The translations under genes were made by a program, and so were the position numbers. Positions 37,883 through 47,999 of a DNA stretch of 64,000 nucleotides are shown here, piece after piece; position 1 is the stretch's first letter; each line of letters begins with the position of its first letter. Origin of the DNA: Bacteroidota bacterium (GTDB lineage Bacteria; Bacteroidota; Bacteroidia; UBA8524); assembly GCA_006226545.1 (NCBI GenBank), contig SBGR01000010.1, positions 22,237 through 86,236 on the forward strand, in the 5' to 3' direction. The notes below the pieces were generated by a model. That model was not told where the DNA came from. It saw only the letters and a program-made list of their open reading frames with translations, and searched no databases.

Positions 37883-40521
37883 GCTCTTGTGAATTTGACC
37901 AACTTGGTATAAAGCTCATCCGGCTTGAATGGCTTCGTTACGTGATCATTCATCCCGATTAGCTTGGAGACCTCTTTGCTGTCTAGCAAAGCCGAAGCCG
38001 TTAGGGCGATAATAGGTGTTTCCGTATTGAATTTCCGAATCTCTTTAGTGGCTTCATAGCCGTCCATTACCGGCATCTGTAAATCCATCAAGATCAAGTC
38101 GTACTTGACTTCGCTTACTTTTTCTACGGCCACTTTTCCGTTCTCAGCAACTTCGTAGTCACAACCCCATTTGCTCAAGAAACTTTTCGCTACAAATACA
38201 TTTACTGCATTGTCTTCCACCAGCAGAATGCGTTTGCCATTGAGCGAATCTTTCGGCACTACTGCCGTTGTATCAGCTTCGTCGCTGCTTTGTGTTTGAA
38301 GCACTTTAAGCGGGATAGTGAAATGGAAAGTTGATCCCTTGCCTTCTTGACTTTCTACTTTGATTTCGCCACCCATCAATTCCAACAAGCGCTTGGATAT
38401 CGCTAAGCCCAGCCCTGTGCCGCCGTATTTCCGTGTTGATTTAGTGCTAGCCTGGCTGAAGCTTTCAAAGAGACGCGGTAAAAATTCTTTCGGCATGCCT
38501 ATGCTTGTATCTTGAATAGCGATATGGTAGATTGCCCCTTGGTCGTCTTGGTTTTGGCAGCTAACCTTCGCTGTAACTTTGCCGCCTTTGGTAAACTTGG
38601 TTGCGTTAGAGATCAGGTTATTGAGTACCTGAGTTAATCTAAGTTTATCACCCCGAACGCCGGAAGGAACAGACTCATCCATCTCTAATGCCAAGGTGTT
38701 TTCGAGTTCGTCTGCTCGGAGTTTGTTTTCATTCAGCACCTTTTTCACCAGGTCACGCAAGTCGAATTCTTCTTCCATCAACTGGAGCTTTCCGGCTTCT
38801 ATCTTATTGTAGTCGAGGATATCGTTTACTAAGATTTGGAGGTTATTAGCTGAGAAATGCAGGGTTTGGATTTTCTCTTCCCATGCGGTGCTTTTCAGTT
38901 CGTCGTGGAGAATATGCGATAATCCGATAATGGCATTCAGCGGTGTGCGTATCTCGTGGCTCATGATGCTCAAGAATTCAGACTTAGCCATGTTGGCGTT
39001 AATCGCTTCTTCCCTTGATTCAATGAGGTTGGTTTGCGCATTGGCGTTGTCAATGCCCGATGCCAGTACGTTAGCAGCAAGCTTTAAAACGTCAATTAGC
39101 ATGCGAGCATAGTCCTTGTCTTTTTGTTCCCAAACGATGATCCAACTCGGTTTTGGAAGTGCCTTTGTTTCGAGTGGAATATGAGCGAAAACCAATTCGT
39201 TTCGCTCCTGAATATGAAGTAGGTTTTGAAGTTTTTCCGTTTTCAAGTGAGTCAGAAACTGATCTAACTTAACTTCATCAATATGACCAAAGCTCAATAG
39301 CTTCTCATCTTCCAGGTGAATATGTTCCGGCAATACCAGCGTAGCTCCGGTGGCTTGCGATTCATGCAGTATCTCAGGTTGGTGCTTAGCGAAGATTTTG
39401 GTCCAATGTGTTCCGTGCAGCAACTCTTCGCCTAAAAGTGAAACTTGCGATAAGAGCTTAGCATTGATTTGAAGGTTCAGTTCCGTCCGCTTCCAAGTGG
39501 TAATATCGCGCAGGCTCAGGATATAACCGGTTTCATGCCCTTGCTGTTTTTTTCCTTCAATCTTTCTGAAGCTTAAGCTAAACCAGCCGTCGGGTTTGGA
39601 TTTTAACTGAACCTCGGTGGTGTAAACCGGACTCAAATCCAGTCTTTCGGTAGCCTTGTTTAAATCAATGCCGCTCGCCTCAAACCATTTGTCAGCATTG
39701 TCTCCTGCTTTCAAGCTGCGGTTAAAAAGTTGACGAGCAGTATCGTTTTGTTCTACGATTTTTAAGTCTTGACCAAACAAAAAGACGGCATCCTGCAAGC
39801 TGTTGAATAACTGCTCGTAGGCCATAGGTTGGATGGATAGAAATTTACGTTGGAAAACTTCGTAAATAACGATGAGCCCGGTGATGGTAAAGGAAAATGG
39901 GGTAGGGTCGAATCCTTTGATGGGTATAAGCTTGAGCAGGTAAAATAGGTTGCCAATCCAAGGAATAAATGCAGCAATAACGATAAGTGTTATGCTTTTT
40001 CGTTGGGCTGACGAGGCTTTGATGGCTGAATAAACCAAAAGAACCGAGCCAATTAAAAGTGAGATATAAATCCCAATGACTAAAAACCAGAAGAACTCGC
40101 CGTATTGAAAAGTAGAAGAGAAGTCGCCCGGACTTTTTGTACTTGACACGTAGATGAGGTGATGGTATTCATTGAGCTGAATAAATGTGATGAGGCCAAA
40201 TAACAGCAACAATACCCTTGGTAAAATTTTAGCTCGTATGTTTTTAATGATGCCGGAATATTCCAAAGAAAAGAGCATCCAAAAAGTTGGTGCGCCTAAG
40301 ATTCCGGCGTACGACATCAAAGAGATACGTTCAATTACTTTAATGTCATTGGTGAGGGCGCTCACGCTGTCGCAGATACACCACCAAGAAATAGCAAACA
40401 TTACCGCAGCAAAACTCGTTGCTCCGGGAATGCTTTTTCGTTGAGCAGCCACCACACCGGTAACGCTTGTTACAACGGCAGATAGGGTTAGAATAACTTG
40501 TAAAAAGAGTATGCTGTTCAA
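37879..40521 (-). CDS. Hybrid sensor histidine kinase (7TM, PAS-like, HisKA, HATPase, REC)
   Basis: Multi-TM N-terminus; SHEIRTPL; NLISNA; GGTGLGL; LMDLQMP. Confidence 0.92.
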   Translation of the reverse strand: MNSILFLQVILTLSAVVTSVTGVVAAQRKSIPGATSFAAVMFAISWWCICDSVSALTNDIKVIERISLMSYAGILGAPTFWMLFSLEYSGIIKNIRAKILPRVLLLLFGLITFIQLNEYHHLIYVSSTKSPGDFSSTFQYGEFFWFLVIGIYISLLIGSVLLVYSAIKASSAQRKSITLIVIAAFIPWIGNLFYLLKLIPIKGFDPTPFSFTITGLIVIYEVFQRKFLSIQPMAYEQLFNSLQDAVFLFGQDLKIVEQNDTARQLFNRSLKAGDNADKWFEASGIDLNKATERLDLSPVYTTEVQLKSKPDGWFSLSFRKIEGKKQQGHETGYILSLRDITTWKRTELNLQINAKLLSQVSLLGEELLHGTHWTKIFAKHQPEILHESQATGATLVLPEHIHLEDEKLLSFGHIDEVKLDQFLTHLKTEKLQNLLHIQERNELVFAHIPLETKALPKPSWIIVWEQKDKDYARMLIDVLKLAANVLASGIDNANAQTNLIESREEAINANMAKSEFLSIMSHEIRTPLNAIIGLSHILHDELKSTAWEEKIQTLHFSANNLQILVNDILDYNKIEAGKLQLMEEEFDLRDLVKKVLNENKLRADELENTLALEMDESVPSGVRGDKLRLTQVLNNLISNATKFTKGGKVTAKVSCQNQDDQGAIYHIAIQDTSIGMPKEFLPRLFESFSQASTKSTRKYGGTGLGLAISKRLLELMGGEIKVESQEGKGSTFHFTIPLKVLQTQSSDEADTTAVVPKDSLNGKRILLVEDNAVNVFVAKSFLSKWGCDYEVAENGKVAVEKVSEVKYDLILMDLQMPVMDGYEATKEIRKFNTETPIIALTASALLDSKEVSKLIGMNDHVTKPFKPDELYTKLVKFTRA

Positions 40522-40576
40522 GGGCGGGAATCTCTACCTAACGAAGGTAACCTGTAGGTAGCGAATTATACAAGTA

Positions 40577-43066
40577 CTAGGCAACAACCTGTTCCATCAA
40601 TTGGTATAATTGATCAGGTCTGTAAGGCTTGTACAATACATCATCAAAAAGTCCTTGAGGTAATTCAGAAACTTCCGATTCATTGGCTGCTGTTAGACCG
40701 ATGATGCGCACATTGCTTCCGTTTTGGTTGGCCATTTCACGGATGCGTTCAGCGGCCTCTTTACCATCCATAATTGGCATGTGCAAGTCCATTAGGATTA
40801 AGTCGTAATGGCCTTCTGCTGCTTTGGTATAGCATTCCAATCCGTTCTTGGCCCATTCTGCCTGCGCATTCACGCGGTTCATGAGCATCTTTAGAATCAG
40901 AATATTTTGTTCGTGGTCTTCGGCAATCAGAAGTTTCTTGTGTTTTGGCCAGGTGAATTGGTTATTGGTTTGAAGCTTCGGGGCTGAGATGGTGCTGGTT
41001 TTTACCGACGCCACTTTCACATCAAAATGGAAGGTAGAGCCTTCACCTAATTTACTTTCAACAGAAATTTGACCGCCCAATAACTCTAAAATTCCCTTAG
41101 AAATGCTCAGGCCTAAACCAGATCCACCTTTGCTCCGTGACATAGAGAAATCTTCCTGGTGGAATGGCTCAAATACTTTCTTCAACCCTTCTTCGCTCAA
41201 ACCGATACCGGTATCGCTAAAGCTGAAGCGGAGGTGAATAGAGTTGTCGTTTTTTTCGATGATGGAAACTTTAAACTGAATTTTACCGGTGTCGGTAAAC
41301 TTCACCGCATTGGATAATAAGTTATCGATTACCTGTCTGAGTTTTCTAGAATCTACTTCTACCTTCTCCGGCAAGTCATCGCTAAGGATGATCTCAGATT
41401 TTAATCCTTTGAAATTGGCATCTAATTGATACGGGAAATACACCTCGTTTAGCCAGGTACGTAGGTTGATAATCTCGGTTTTAATAGAGCTTTGGCCTGA
41501 TTCCAAATTATTCAAGTCAAAGATTTCATCTACCAGTTTATTTAATTGATCAGCTGATTGAAGCTGAATGCGCAACTTTTCTTTGGATTCGTCGCTCATG
41601 TGCTGATCCTGGGTAAGCAACTCTCCAATATTTCGAATCACGTGCAATGGCGTGCGAATTTCATGGCTCACCACACTCAGGAATCGGGTTTTTGTATTCA
41701 AGGCCTTTTGCAGGCTTTCCTTATTGTGCTCTAGCTCACTGGTTTTTTCTTGTAACTCAGCATTATTGGAGGCTAAGGCAGCTTGGTGCTTTTGCAATTC
41801 CTTGCTTTGCTTCTGCATGCGGCTGTTTTGCCAGATATAAAGGATGAAGCCAATTCCGAGGAGAAGGGCTAAAATCATCCAGTACATGCGGATTTCTTTT
41901 TGGGTATTGACATCCTCTTCTAGCTCGGCCATACGTTGCTCATTTTGCTCTGAAGCATATTGCTGCATCAGTTCTTCGGATGCTAATTCTGCCTCCCAAG
42001 TCTGAAGTGAATCTTCGGTGCCTTTCCATAAGATATAGGATGCCAAAGCAGCTTCCGGATTTCTTGCAGCTTCGTGTACCTGCCATTCCAGCTCGTATAC
42101 TTTAGCGAGTAAAGGGAAGCTGTTGATTTTCTCTACCAATACGGTGGCTGAGTCTATGTAGATTAGTGATGCTTGGTATTCTTTCTTCTCGAAGTAGAAG
42201 TTTGCAATGTTTAAGTAGGCATCGGCCAAAACCGGTGTGTTTCCACTTTGTTTGATATTGGCAATGGCTTTTTGGTATGCTTCAGCGGCTTCACTCCATT
42301 GACTCATGCCCGAATAAACGCGAGCCAGGTAGGCATAATCGCTGCCAATGTATTCTGGGTCTTGCGTTATTTCATCCAATTGAAGCGCCATGGTGAAATA
42401 GCCTTCTGCACCTTTAAAATTACCTTGATTTGATTTGTTGATGCCTAAATTGACATAGGCCATCGCGCGTAAATCTTGGTTATTTTGTTGTTCGCCAAGT
42501 TTCAATACTTCTTTGAAAAGGCTGTCTGCCGACTCAAAGCGGTTTAGGTGGCTGAGAATTAATCCCAAATTATTTAACCCATGAGCTAAGCCCATGGAGT
42601 CTTTCAATTCTTTAAAGAGATTGATGGCAAGTTTATACTGACCAATGGCTTCATCCCATTTACCTGAGCGGTCTAGAATAATGCCCTTTTGGTTGTAAAA
42701 ATCAGCTTCGGTGCGGGTGTCTTTTAACTTTTTAGCGAGCGCTAATCCCATTTCTTGGTGTTTGCTTGCCAACCTTAAATAACCTAGGTCGAGGTAAGCA
42801 TCGCCTAAAGAATAGAGGTAGGCAAGTCGCAATGAATCCAAACTGCTATGACGTAATTCTGCCAAGCTCGACTCCATTTTTTGGGAAGCTAATTTTGGCT
42901 GAGTCTGCTTTAGTATAAGGAGTTCTTTGTGACGATCAAGAAGTTCTTTTACCACGCTTTTATTTGGTGCCTCTGTTTCAAAAATAGCAGCTTGGAGCAT
43001 GGACTCAGAAGCCACGCCTAGCATGAATACAAAGGGGAAGAAAAGACGAAGGATTTGGTACTTCAT
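40577..43066 (-). CDS. Hybrid sensor histidine kinase (periplasmic TPR, TM, HisKA, HATPase, REC)
   Basis: TPR repeats; SHEIRTPL; DTGIG; GSGLGL; LMDLHMP. Confidence 0.92.
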   Translation of the reverse strand: MKYQILRLFFPFVFMLGVASESMLQAAIFETEAPNKSVVKELLDRHKELLILKQTQPKLASQKMESSLAELRHSSLDSLRLAYLYSLGDAYLDLGYLRLASKHQEMGLALAKKLKDTRTEADFYNQKGIILDRSGKWDEAIGQYKLAINLFKELKDSMGLAHGLNNLGLILSHLNRFESADSLFKEVLKLGEQQNNQDLRAMAYVNLGINKSNQGNFKGAEGYFTMALQLDEITQDPEYIGSDYAYLARVYSGMSQWSEAAEAYQKAIANIKQSGNTPVLADAYLNIANFYFEKKEYQASLIYIDSATVLVEKINSFPLLAKVYELEWQVHEAARNPEAALASYILWKGTEDSLQTWEAELASEELMQQYASEQNEQRMAELEEDVNTQKEIRMYWMILALLLGIGFILYIWQNSRMQKQSKELQKHQAALASNNAELQEKTSELEHNKESLQKALNTKTRFLSVVSHEIRTPLHVIRNIGELLTQDQHMSDESKEKLRIQLQSADQLNKLVDEIFDLNNLESGQSSIKTEIINLRTWLNEVYFPYQLDANFKGLKSEIILSDDLPEKVEVDSRKLRQVIDNLLSNAVKFTDTGKIQFKVSIIEKNDNSIHLRFSFSDTGIGLSEEGLKKVFEPFHQEDFSMSRSKGGSGLGLSISKGILELLGGQISVESKLGEGSTFHFDVKVASVKTSTISAPKLQTNNQFTWPKHKKLLIAEDHEQNILILKMLMNRVNAQAEWAKNGLECYTKAAEGHYDLILMDLHMPIMDGKEAAERIREMANQNGSNVRIIGLTAANESEVSELPQGLFDDVLYKPYRPDQLYQLMEQVVA

Positions 43067-43216
43067 ATTGCCTTAAGGGTTCAAAAATAGAAAGGAATCC
43101 AGGCGGAAAAAGCGGTTGACCATCACCTGAGTGCTTTAGTTGATTTAGTGAATGCTTCTATTGTTATTACGTCAAGATTGTAAATAATACGTCTAGCTTT
43201 GGGTTTTCTACAACGT

Positions 43217-43250
43217 AAAACGGCCGAGTCTCCAAGAAGATTCGGCCGTT
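43217..43250 (-). terminator. Orphan intrinsic terminator in the kinase/htpG intergenic region
   Basis: Minus strand AACGGCCGAATCT-TCTTGG-AGACTCGGCCGTTTT. Confidence 0.65.
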
Positions 43251-43448
43251 ATATAAGGGGGGATTAAAGAACATTCGAGTGATTCAACTGAGCAGTGTCA
43301 AAAAACTCTAATGCAAAGCAAAGGCAATACGGCCGATCAAGAACTACTTAATATTGGTAGTTTTTAGTCTGTCAATTCGTCACACTTCCCGTGCTGGCAC
43401 ATTCTCTGACCAAAGGAGAGAAAATTAACAAGCTTAGAATTGTAGTAT

Positions 43449-45347
43449 ATGAGTACCATGAAAGGATCTATTCAGGTTAACACGGAAAACATCTTCCCAA
43501 TCATTAAGAAGTTTTTGTATTCCGACCATGAAATCTTCTTACGCGAATTGGTTTCAAACGCGGTTGATGCCACCACCAAATTGAAGGCTTTGTCATCGCT
43601 AGGTGAATTTAAAGGTGAGTTGGGTGAACTTTTTATTGAGGTGAAAGCTGACAAAACTGCGGGAACACTGAGCATCATCGACCGTGGTGTGGGTATGACA
43701 GCCGAAGAAATTGATAAGTACATCAATCAAATCGCTTTTTCGGGTGCTGAGGAGTTTGTGCAGAATTATAAAGATGCAGGCGAAAGTGGCATCATTGGGC
43801 ACTTTGGATTAGGATTCTACTCTGCCTTTATGGTAGCCAAACAAGTAGAGATTCGCACCTTGTCTCATAAAGAAGGTTCGGTTGGAGCGCGTTGGACTTG
43901 CGACGGTAGCACCGAGTTTACCATTGAGCCATTTGAAGAAAAGACTGAACGTGGAACAGAAATCATCCTCCACATCGATCAAGAAAACCAAGAGTTTTTA
44001 GAAGATTCAAGAATTAGCGGACTCCTCGGTAAATATTGCCGCTTCTTGCCTGTGCCGATTAAATATGGCAAGAAAACAGAATACATCGATGATCCATCCG
44101 GAGAAAAAGACGAAAACGGAAACGTAAAACGTACCGGTATTGAAGTAGATAATTACGTTAACAACCCGAACCCGATTTGGAGAAAGAGTCCGAGCGAACT
44201 CAAAGACGAAGACTATAAAGCTTTCTACCAAGAATTGTATCCAATGGCAGAACCGCCGTTGTTCTGGATTCACCTCAACGTAGATTATCCGTTTAACCTA
44301 ACCGGCGTATTGTATTTCCCGAAGGTGAAAAACGAGTTGGAGCTGCAGCGCAATAAAATTCAGTTGTATTCAAACCAGGTTTTCGTAACCGATGAGGTTA
44401 AAGACATCGTTCCGGAATTTTTGATGTTGCTCCACGGCGTTATCGACTCACCGGATATTCCGTTGAACGTATCTCGTAGCTTCTTGCAAGCAGATCAAAA
44501 TGTAAAGAAGATTACCGGACACATCACTAAAAAGGTAGCCGACAAACTTGAAGAACTCTTCAAAGCAGACCGCGAAGCCTACCAAGAGAAATGGGATAGC
44601 TTTGGACTTTTTGTGAAATACGGTTCAGTGAGCGAAGAGAAGTTTGCTGATAAGTCGCTGAAGTTTGCCTTGCTCACCAATACAGACAAAGAATACTTCA
44701 CTTTAGAAGAATACAAAGAGAAGATCAAAGCGGCTCAAACCGACAAAGAAAATAAGGTGGTGATGCTGTATACCAGCAACCCGAAGATGCAGGCTCCGTT
44801 TATTGAAACAGCCAAGAAAAGAGGCTACGACGTGGTTAACTTCGACGGTCCTTTGGATACCCACTACATCGGGTTTTTGGAAAGCAAAGACAGCGATTTG
44901 AAGATTATTCGTGTAGACGCGGATGCCATCGATAAGCTGATAGACAAAGGCGAGAAACGTGAATCTGTATTGAGCGATGCGCAGGTGGAAGCCTTGAAAA
45001 ACGACTTCACCGGGTTCATCAACAATGAAAACACAGAGATTCAAGCTGAGCCACTTTCACCGGATGATCACTTTATCACCATCATCAAACCTGAATGGGA
45101 GCGCCGCATGAAAGAGATGAGCCAAATGGGTGGCGGTATGGATTTCTACGGCATGATGCCTGAGCGTCGCGTTGTGTTGATCAATACCAATCATAACCTG
45201 GCCTCACGTGTAGAGCAACTTAGCGATGCTGAGCAGAAAAAGGCTTTCCTCAGTCAGAGCTATGATTTGGCTTTATTGTCGCAGCACATGTTAGAAGGAG
45301 AGGCACTAGAGCGTTTCATCCGACGAACAGAAGAAATGATGAAATAA
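43449..45347 (+). CDS. htpG: Chaperone HtpG (Hsp90)
   Basis: IFLRELVSNAVDA; DRGVGM; IGHFGLGFYS; DIPLNVSR. Confidence 0.98.
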   Translation: MSTMKGSIQVNTENIFPIIKKFLYSDHEIFLRELVSNAVDATTKLKALSSLGEFKGELGELFIEVKADKTAGTLSIIDRGVGMTAEEIDKYINQIAFSGAEEFVQNYKDAGESGIIGHFGLGFYSAFMVAKQVEIRTLSHKEGSVGARWTCDGSTEFTIEPFEEKTERGTEIILHIDQENQEFLEDSRISGLLGKYCRFLPVPIKYGKKTEYIDDPSGEKDENGNVKRTGIEVDNYVNNPNPIWRKSPSELKDEDYKAFYQELYPMAEPPLFWIHLNVDYPFNLTGVLYFPKVKNELELQRNKIQLYSNQVFVTDEVKDIVPEFLMLLHGVIDSPDIPLNVSRSFLQADQNVKKITGHITKKVADKLEELFKADREAYQEKWDSFGLFVKYGSVSEEKFADKSLKFALLTNTDKEYFTLEEYKEKIKAAQTDKENKVVMLYTSNPKMQAPFIETAKKRGYDVVNFDGPLDTHYIGFLESKDSDLKIIRVDADAIDKLIDKGEKRESVLSDAQVEALKNDFTGFINNENTEIQAEPLSPDDHFITIIKPEWERRMKEMSQMGGGMDFYGMMPERRVVLINTNHNLASRVEQLSDAEQKKAFLSQSYDLALLSQHMLEGEALERFIRRTEEMMK

Positions 45348-45360
45348 CATCCAATAGATT

Positions 45361-45384
45361 AAGCCGGCTAGTCCGGCTTTTTTT
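45361..45384 (+). terminator. htpG terminator
   Basis: AAGCCGG-CTAGT-CCGGCTTTTTTT. Confidence 0.85.
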
Positions 45385-45409
45385 ATGCATCTCCATGTAT
45401 CTTTGAGCC

Positions 45410-46423
45410 ATGCTTGAAAACGCATCGCTTAAGTCCTACCATACTTTCGGAATAGAAGTAAAAGCCAGGTTTCTGGTTGAGGTTCACAGTCCGGAAGAAC
45501 TGCAAGCCTTTTACCAAGATCCGGCATTTGCCGCGCTTCCCAAGTTGATTTTAGGAGGTGGTAGCAATGTCTTGTTTACCCAAGATTTTCCCGGATTGGT
45601 GCTTGTGAACAGGTTACAAGGTATTGAGGTACTTGCGGAGGATGACTTTGAAGTGCACCTCAAAGTGGCCTCGGGCGAGAACTGGCATGCGCTAGTACAG
45701 TATTGTGTTGAGCGCAATTGGGGAGGCATAGAAAACCTTTCATTAATACCGGGCACTGTGGGTGCCGCTCCGATGCAAAATATTGGTGCCTATGGTGTGG
45801 AGATTAAAGAGGTATTGGAGAAAGTTGAGTTCTTGAATTTGGAGAACTTCGCTAGTCAAACCTTAAGCAATGCCGATTGCCAATTTGGTTACCGTGAGAG
45901 CATTTTCAAACATGAGTTAAAAGGCAAGGCCTTCATTACAGCTGTTTACCTCAAGCTTCAAAAACGCGGTCACCTGCTGAAGATGAACTACGGCGATATT
46001 CGCGATAAGCTGGAGGAAGCCAGGGTGAATGAGCCGGGCATAGCCGATATAAGCAAGGCGGTTATCGCCATTCGGCAGAGCAAATTGCCTAATCCGGCAG
46101 AGCTGGGCAATGCGGGCAGTTTCTTCAAAAACCCCATTGTGGCTGAAACAGTCTTACATCAGATCCAGACTACCCATCCTTTGGTGCCATTTTATCCTGC
46201 CGGCGAAGGCTTAGTGAAAGTGCCTGCCGGTTGGCTGATTGAGCAAAGCGGATGGAAAGGAAAAAGGGTAGGGAATACCGGTAGCCACGCTAGGCAGGCC
46301 TTGGTCTTGGTGAATTACGGAGATGCTAAAACGGAAGAAGTGCGCGACTTAGCTTATGCTATCATAGCCGACGTTGAATCTAAATTCGGAATCCGACTAC
46401 ACCCGGAGGTGAATTTTGTTTAG
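45410..46423 (+). CDS. murB: UDP-N-acetylmuramate dehydrogenase
   Basis: GGGSNVL; IPGTVGAAPMQNIGAYG; FGYRES; GNAGSFFKNP. Confidence 0.97.
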   Translation: MLENASLKSYHTFGIEVKARFLVEVHSPEELQAFYQDPAFAALPKLILGGGSNVLFTQDFPGLVLVNRLQGIEVLAEDDFEVHLKVASGENWHALVQYCVERNWGGIENLSLIPGTVGAAPMQNIGAYGVEIKEVLEKVEFLNLENFASQTLSNADCQFGYRESIFKHELKGKAFITAVYLKLQKRGHLLKMNYGDIRDKLEEARVNEPGIADISKAVIAIRQSKLPNPAELGNAGSFFKNPIVAETVLHQIQTTHPLVPFYPAGEGLVKVPAGWLIEQSGWKGKRVGNTGSHARQALVLVNYGDAKTEEVRDLAYAIIADVESKFGIRLHPEVNFV

Positions 46424-46455
46424 TCGATAGACCATAGACCATGGACGATGGTTGT
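46421..46455. repeat. Degenerate heptamer tandem repeat
   Basis: TAGTCGA TAGACCA TAGACCA TGGACGA TGGTTGT. Confidence 0.55.
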
Positions 46456-46480
46456 TAAATGGAGTACAATAATCGAACTT

Positions 46481-46526
46481 ACAGTCAACAGTCAACAGTC
46501 AACAGTCAACAGTCAACAGTCAACAG
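46481..46526. repeat. Perfect heptamer tandem repeat (ACAGTCA)6 plus ACAG
   Basis: Read directly from the sequence. Confidence 0.95.
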
Positions 46527-46533
46527 CCCTGTA

Positions 46534-47004
46534 CTATTTCCCCATGGCTCTGCGCATGGCCATCATATAGCCCAGGTGCAATCCTGCATGTACGCCTGCA
46601 AAGTGAACGGCTTCTTGTGCATTGTACAAAGAAGCACCGTAGCTTGTTTCATAAGCTTCGTATTCGTTCAAAGCACCTGCACCGGCCAATTGAGGAAGGT
46701 CGCTCATAAATTTTTGATGAATCGCGGAGAGTTCCATCAATTCTTCACGGGTGCATTCAACTTTACCATCGGAGTCTTTTCTGAACTTGGCAAGCTGGCG
46801 CAGGTTAATCTGCAATTCTTGTCCGCTGAGTTTTAAAACCAGCAACTGACAGGTTACAATGGTATGCCCGAAGTTCCACGCTATGGTATTGTTGATACCC
46901 GGAATTTGGCGGTTGAGGTCTTCATCGCTCAATGATTCCAAAATGCGCAACATGTTTTGATGGGTCACGCTCAGTACACGTAAACTAAGGGAGGTAATTT
47001 CCAT
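46534..47004 (-). CDS. DinB/YfiT family protein
   Basis: NNTIAWNFGH; HAGLHLG. Confidence 0.85.
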   Translation of the reverse strand: MEITSLSLRVLSVTHQNMLRILESLSDEDLNRQIPGINNTIAWNFGHTIVTCQLLVLKLSGQELQINLRQLAKFRKDSDGKVECTREELMELSAIHQKFMSDLPQLAGAGALNEYEAYETSYGASLYNAQEAVHFAGVHAGLHLGYMMAMRRAMGK

Positions 47005-47126
47005 ACCGCAAGGTTAGCATATACTTGGCCTTGTTCAAAGTAGAATTCACTTTTAGCGATGAAGTTCTTATCGATCAAAAAAACATATTGCATTCACTTA
47101 ACATTGGCTTACTATTTTGCCGGCGC

Positions 47127-47999
47127 TTGAAACAACGTATCTTATTTATTGTCAATCCAATCTCAGGAGGAAAAGGCAAAGCCGGATTCCCTGAATTGCT
47201 TCAAAACAACCTAGATCATGCTCGGTTTGAATCTACCGTTTGGGTCTGGGAAAATGGAACCGATGCTACTGCCAGAGCAGAGTTAGCCGTTAGCGAAGGC
47301 TACGATGCTGTTGCTGCTGTTGGTGGCGATGGTACCGTGCATGCTGTTGCAAGAGCTTTAGTTCATACTTCAGTAGCATTGGTTATTATCCCCATGGGCT
47401 CAGGCAACGGACTTGCCCGCTACTTGAAGATTCCGCTGAATACGAAAAAGGCCATTCAAAGCATTGGAAACGTGGAGCCGCGCAAGATGGACATGATTTC
47501 TTTCAACGGACTTTTGTACAGCAATGTGGCCGGCGTTGGCTTTGATGCGCATATCGGTGCCTGTTTCGCTAAATCCACATCACGAGGTTTATGGGGCTAT
47601 GTGAAGTCGATAACCCAAGAATTGTTTCACTATAAAAGCGATACGTATAGCCTGAATTGGGAAAATGGAACCTGGTCGGGGAAGGCCTTTCTGATCAGCA
47701 TAGCCAATGGAGCGCAATGGGGTAATAATGCATGGATCGCGCCGAGTGCTTCGTGTTTTGACGGACTCATGCAGGTGGCAATTTTGAAACCATTCAGCTG
47801 GTATCAGGTACCCGGGATTGCGCTGGCTTTGTTTCGCAAAACGGCAGATAAAAGCAGTTACTTCAATCAGTTTTCTTGCAGTGAACTGACACTTAAAAGA
47901 GAAGATCACGTGGTGTTTCACCTCGACGGTGAGCCTTTGGATGGTGAGGAAACAGTTCAGTTGAATGTATTAGCCTCCGCGATCACGCTTTGGCATTGA
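47127..47999 (+). CDS. Diacylglycerol/YegS-family lipid kinase
   Basis: NPISG; GGDGT; PMGSGNGLA; GVGFDA; HLDGE. TTG start inferred. Confidence 0.9.
   Translation: MKQRILFIVNPISGGKGKAGFPELLQNNLDHARFESTVWVWENGTDATARAELAVSEGYDAVAAVGGDGTVHAVARALVHTSVALVIIPMGSGNGLARYLKIPLNTKKAIQSIGNVEPRKMDMISFNGLLYSNVAGVGFDAHIGACFAKSTSRGLWGYVKSITQELFHYKSDTYSLNWENGTWSGKAFLISIANGAQWGNNAWIAPSASCFDGLMQVAILKPFSWYQVPGIALALFRKTADKSSYFNQFSCSELTLKREDHVVFHLDGEPLDGEETVQLNVLASAITLWH

Noticed and set aside
46481-46526. Possible CRISPR array
   Set aside because: 7-bp contiguous units, no spacers and no cas genes.
46459-46836. ORF with SQQSTVN repeats
   Set aside because: It is the translation of the heptamer repeat running antisense into the dinB-like gene.
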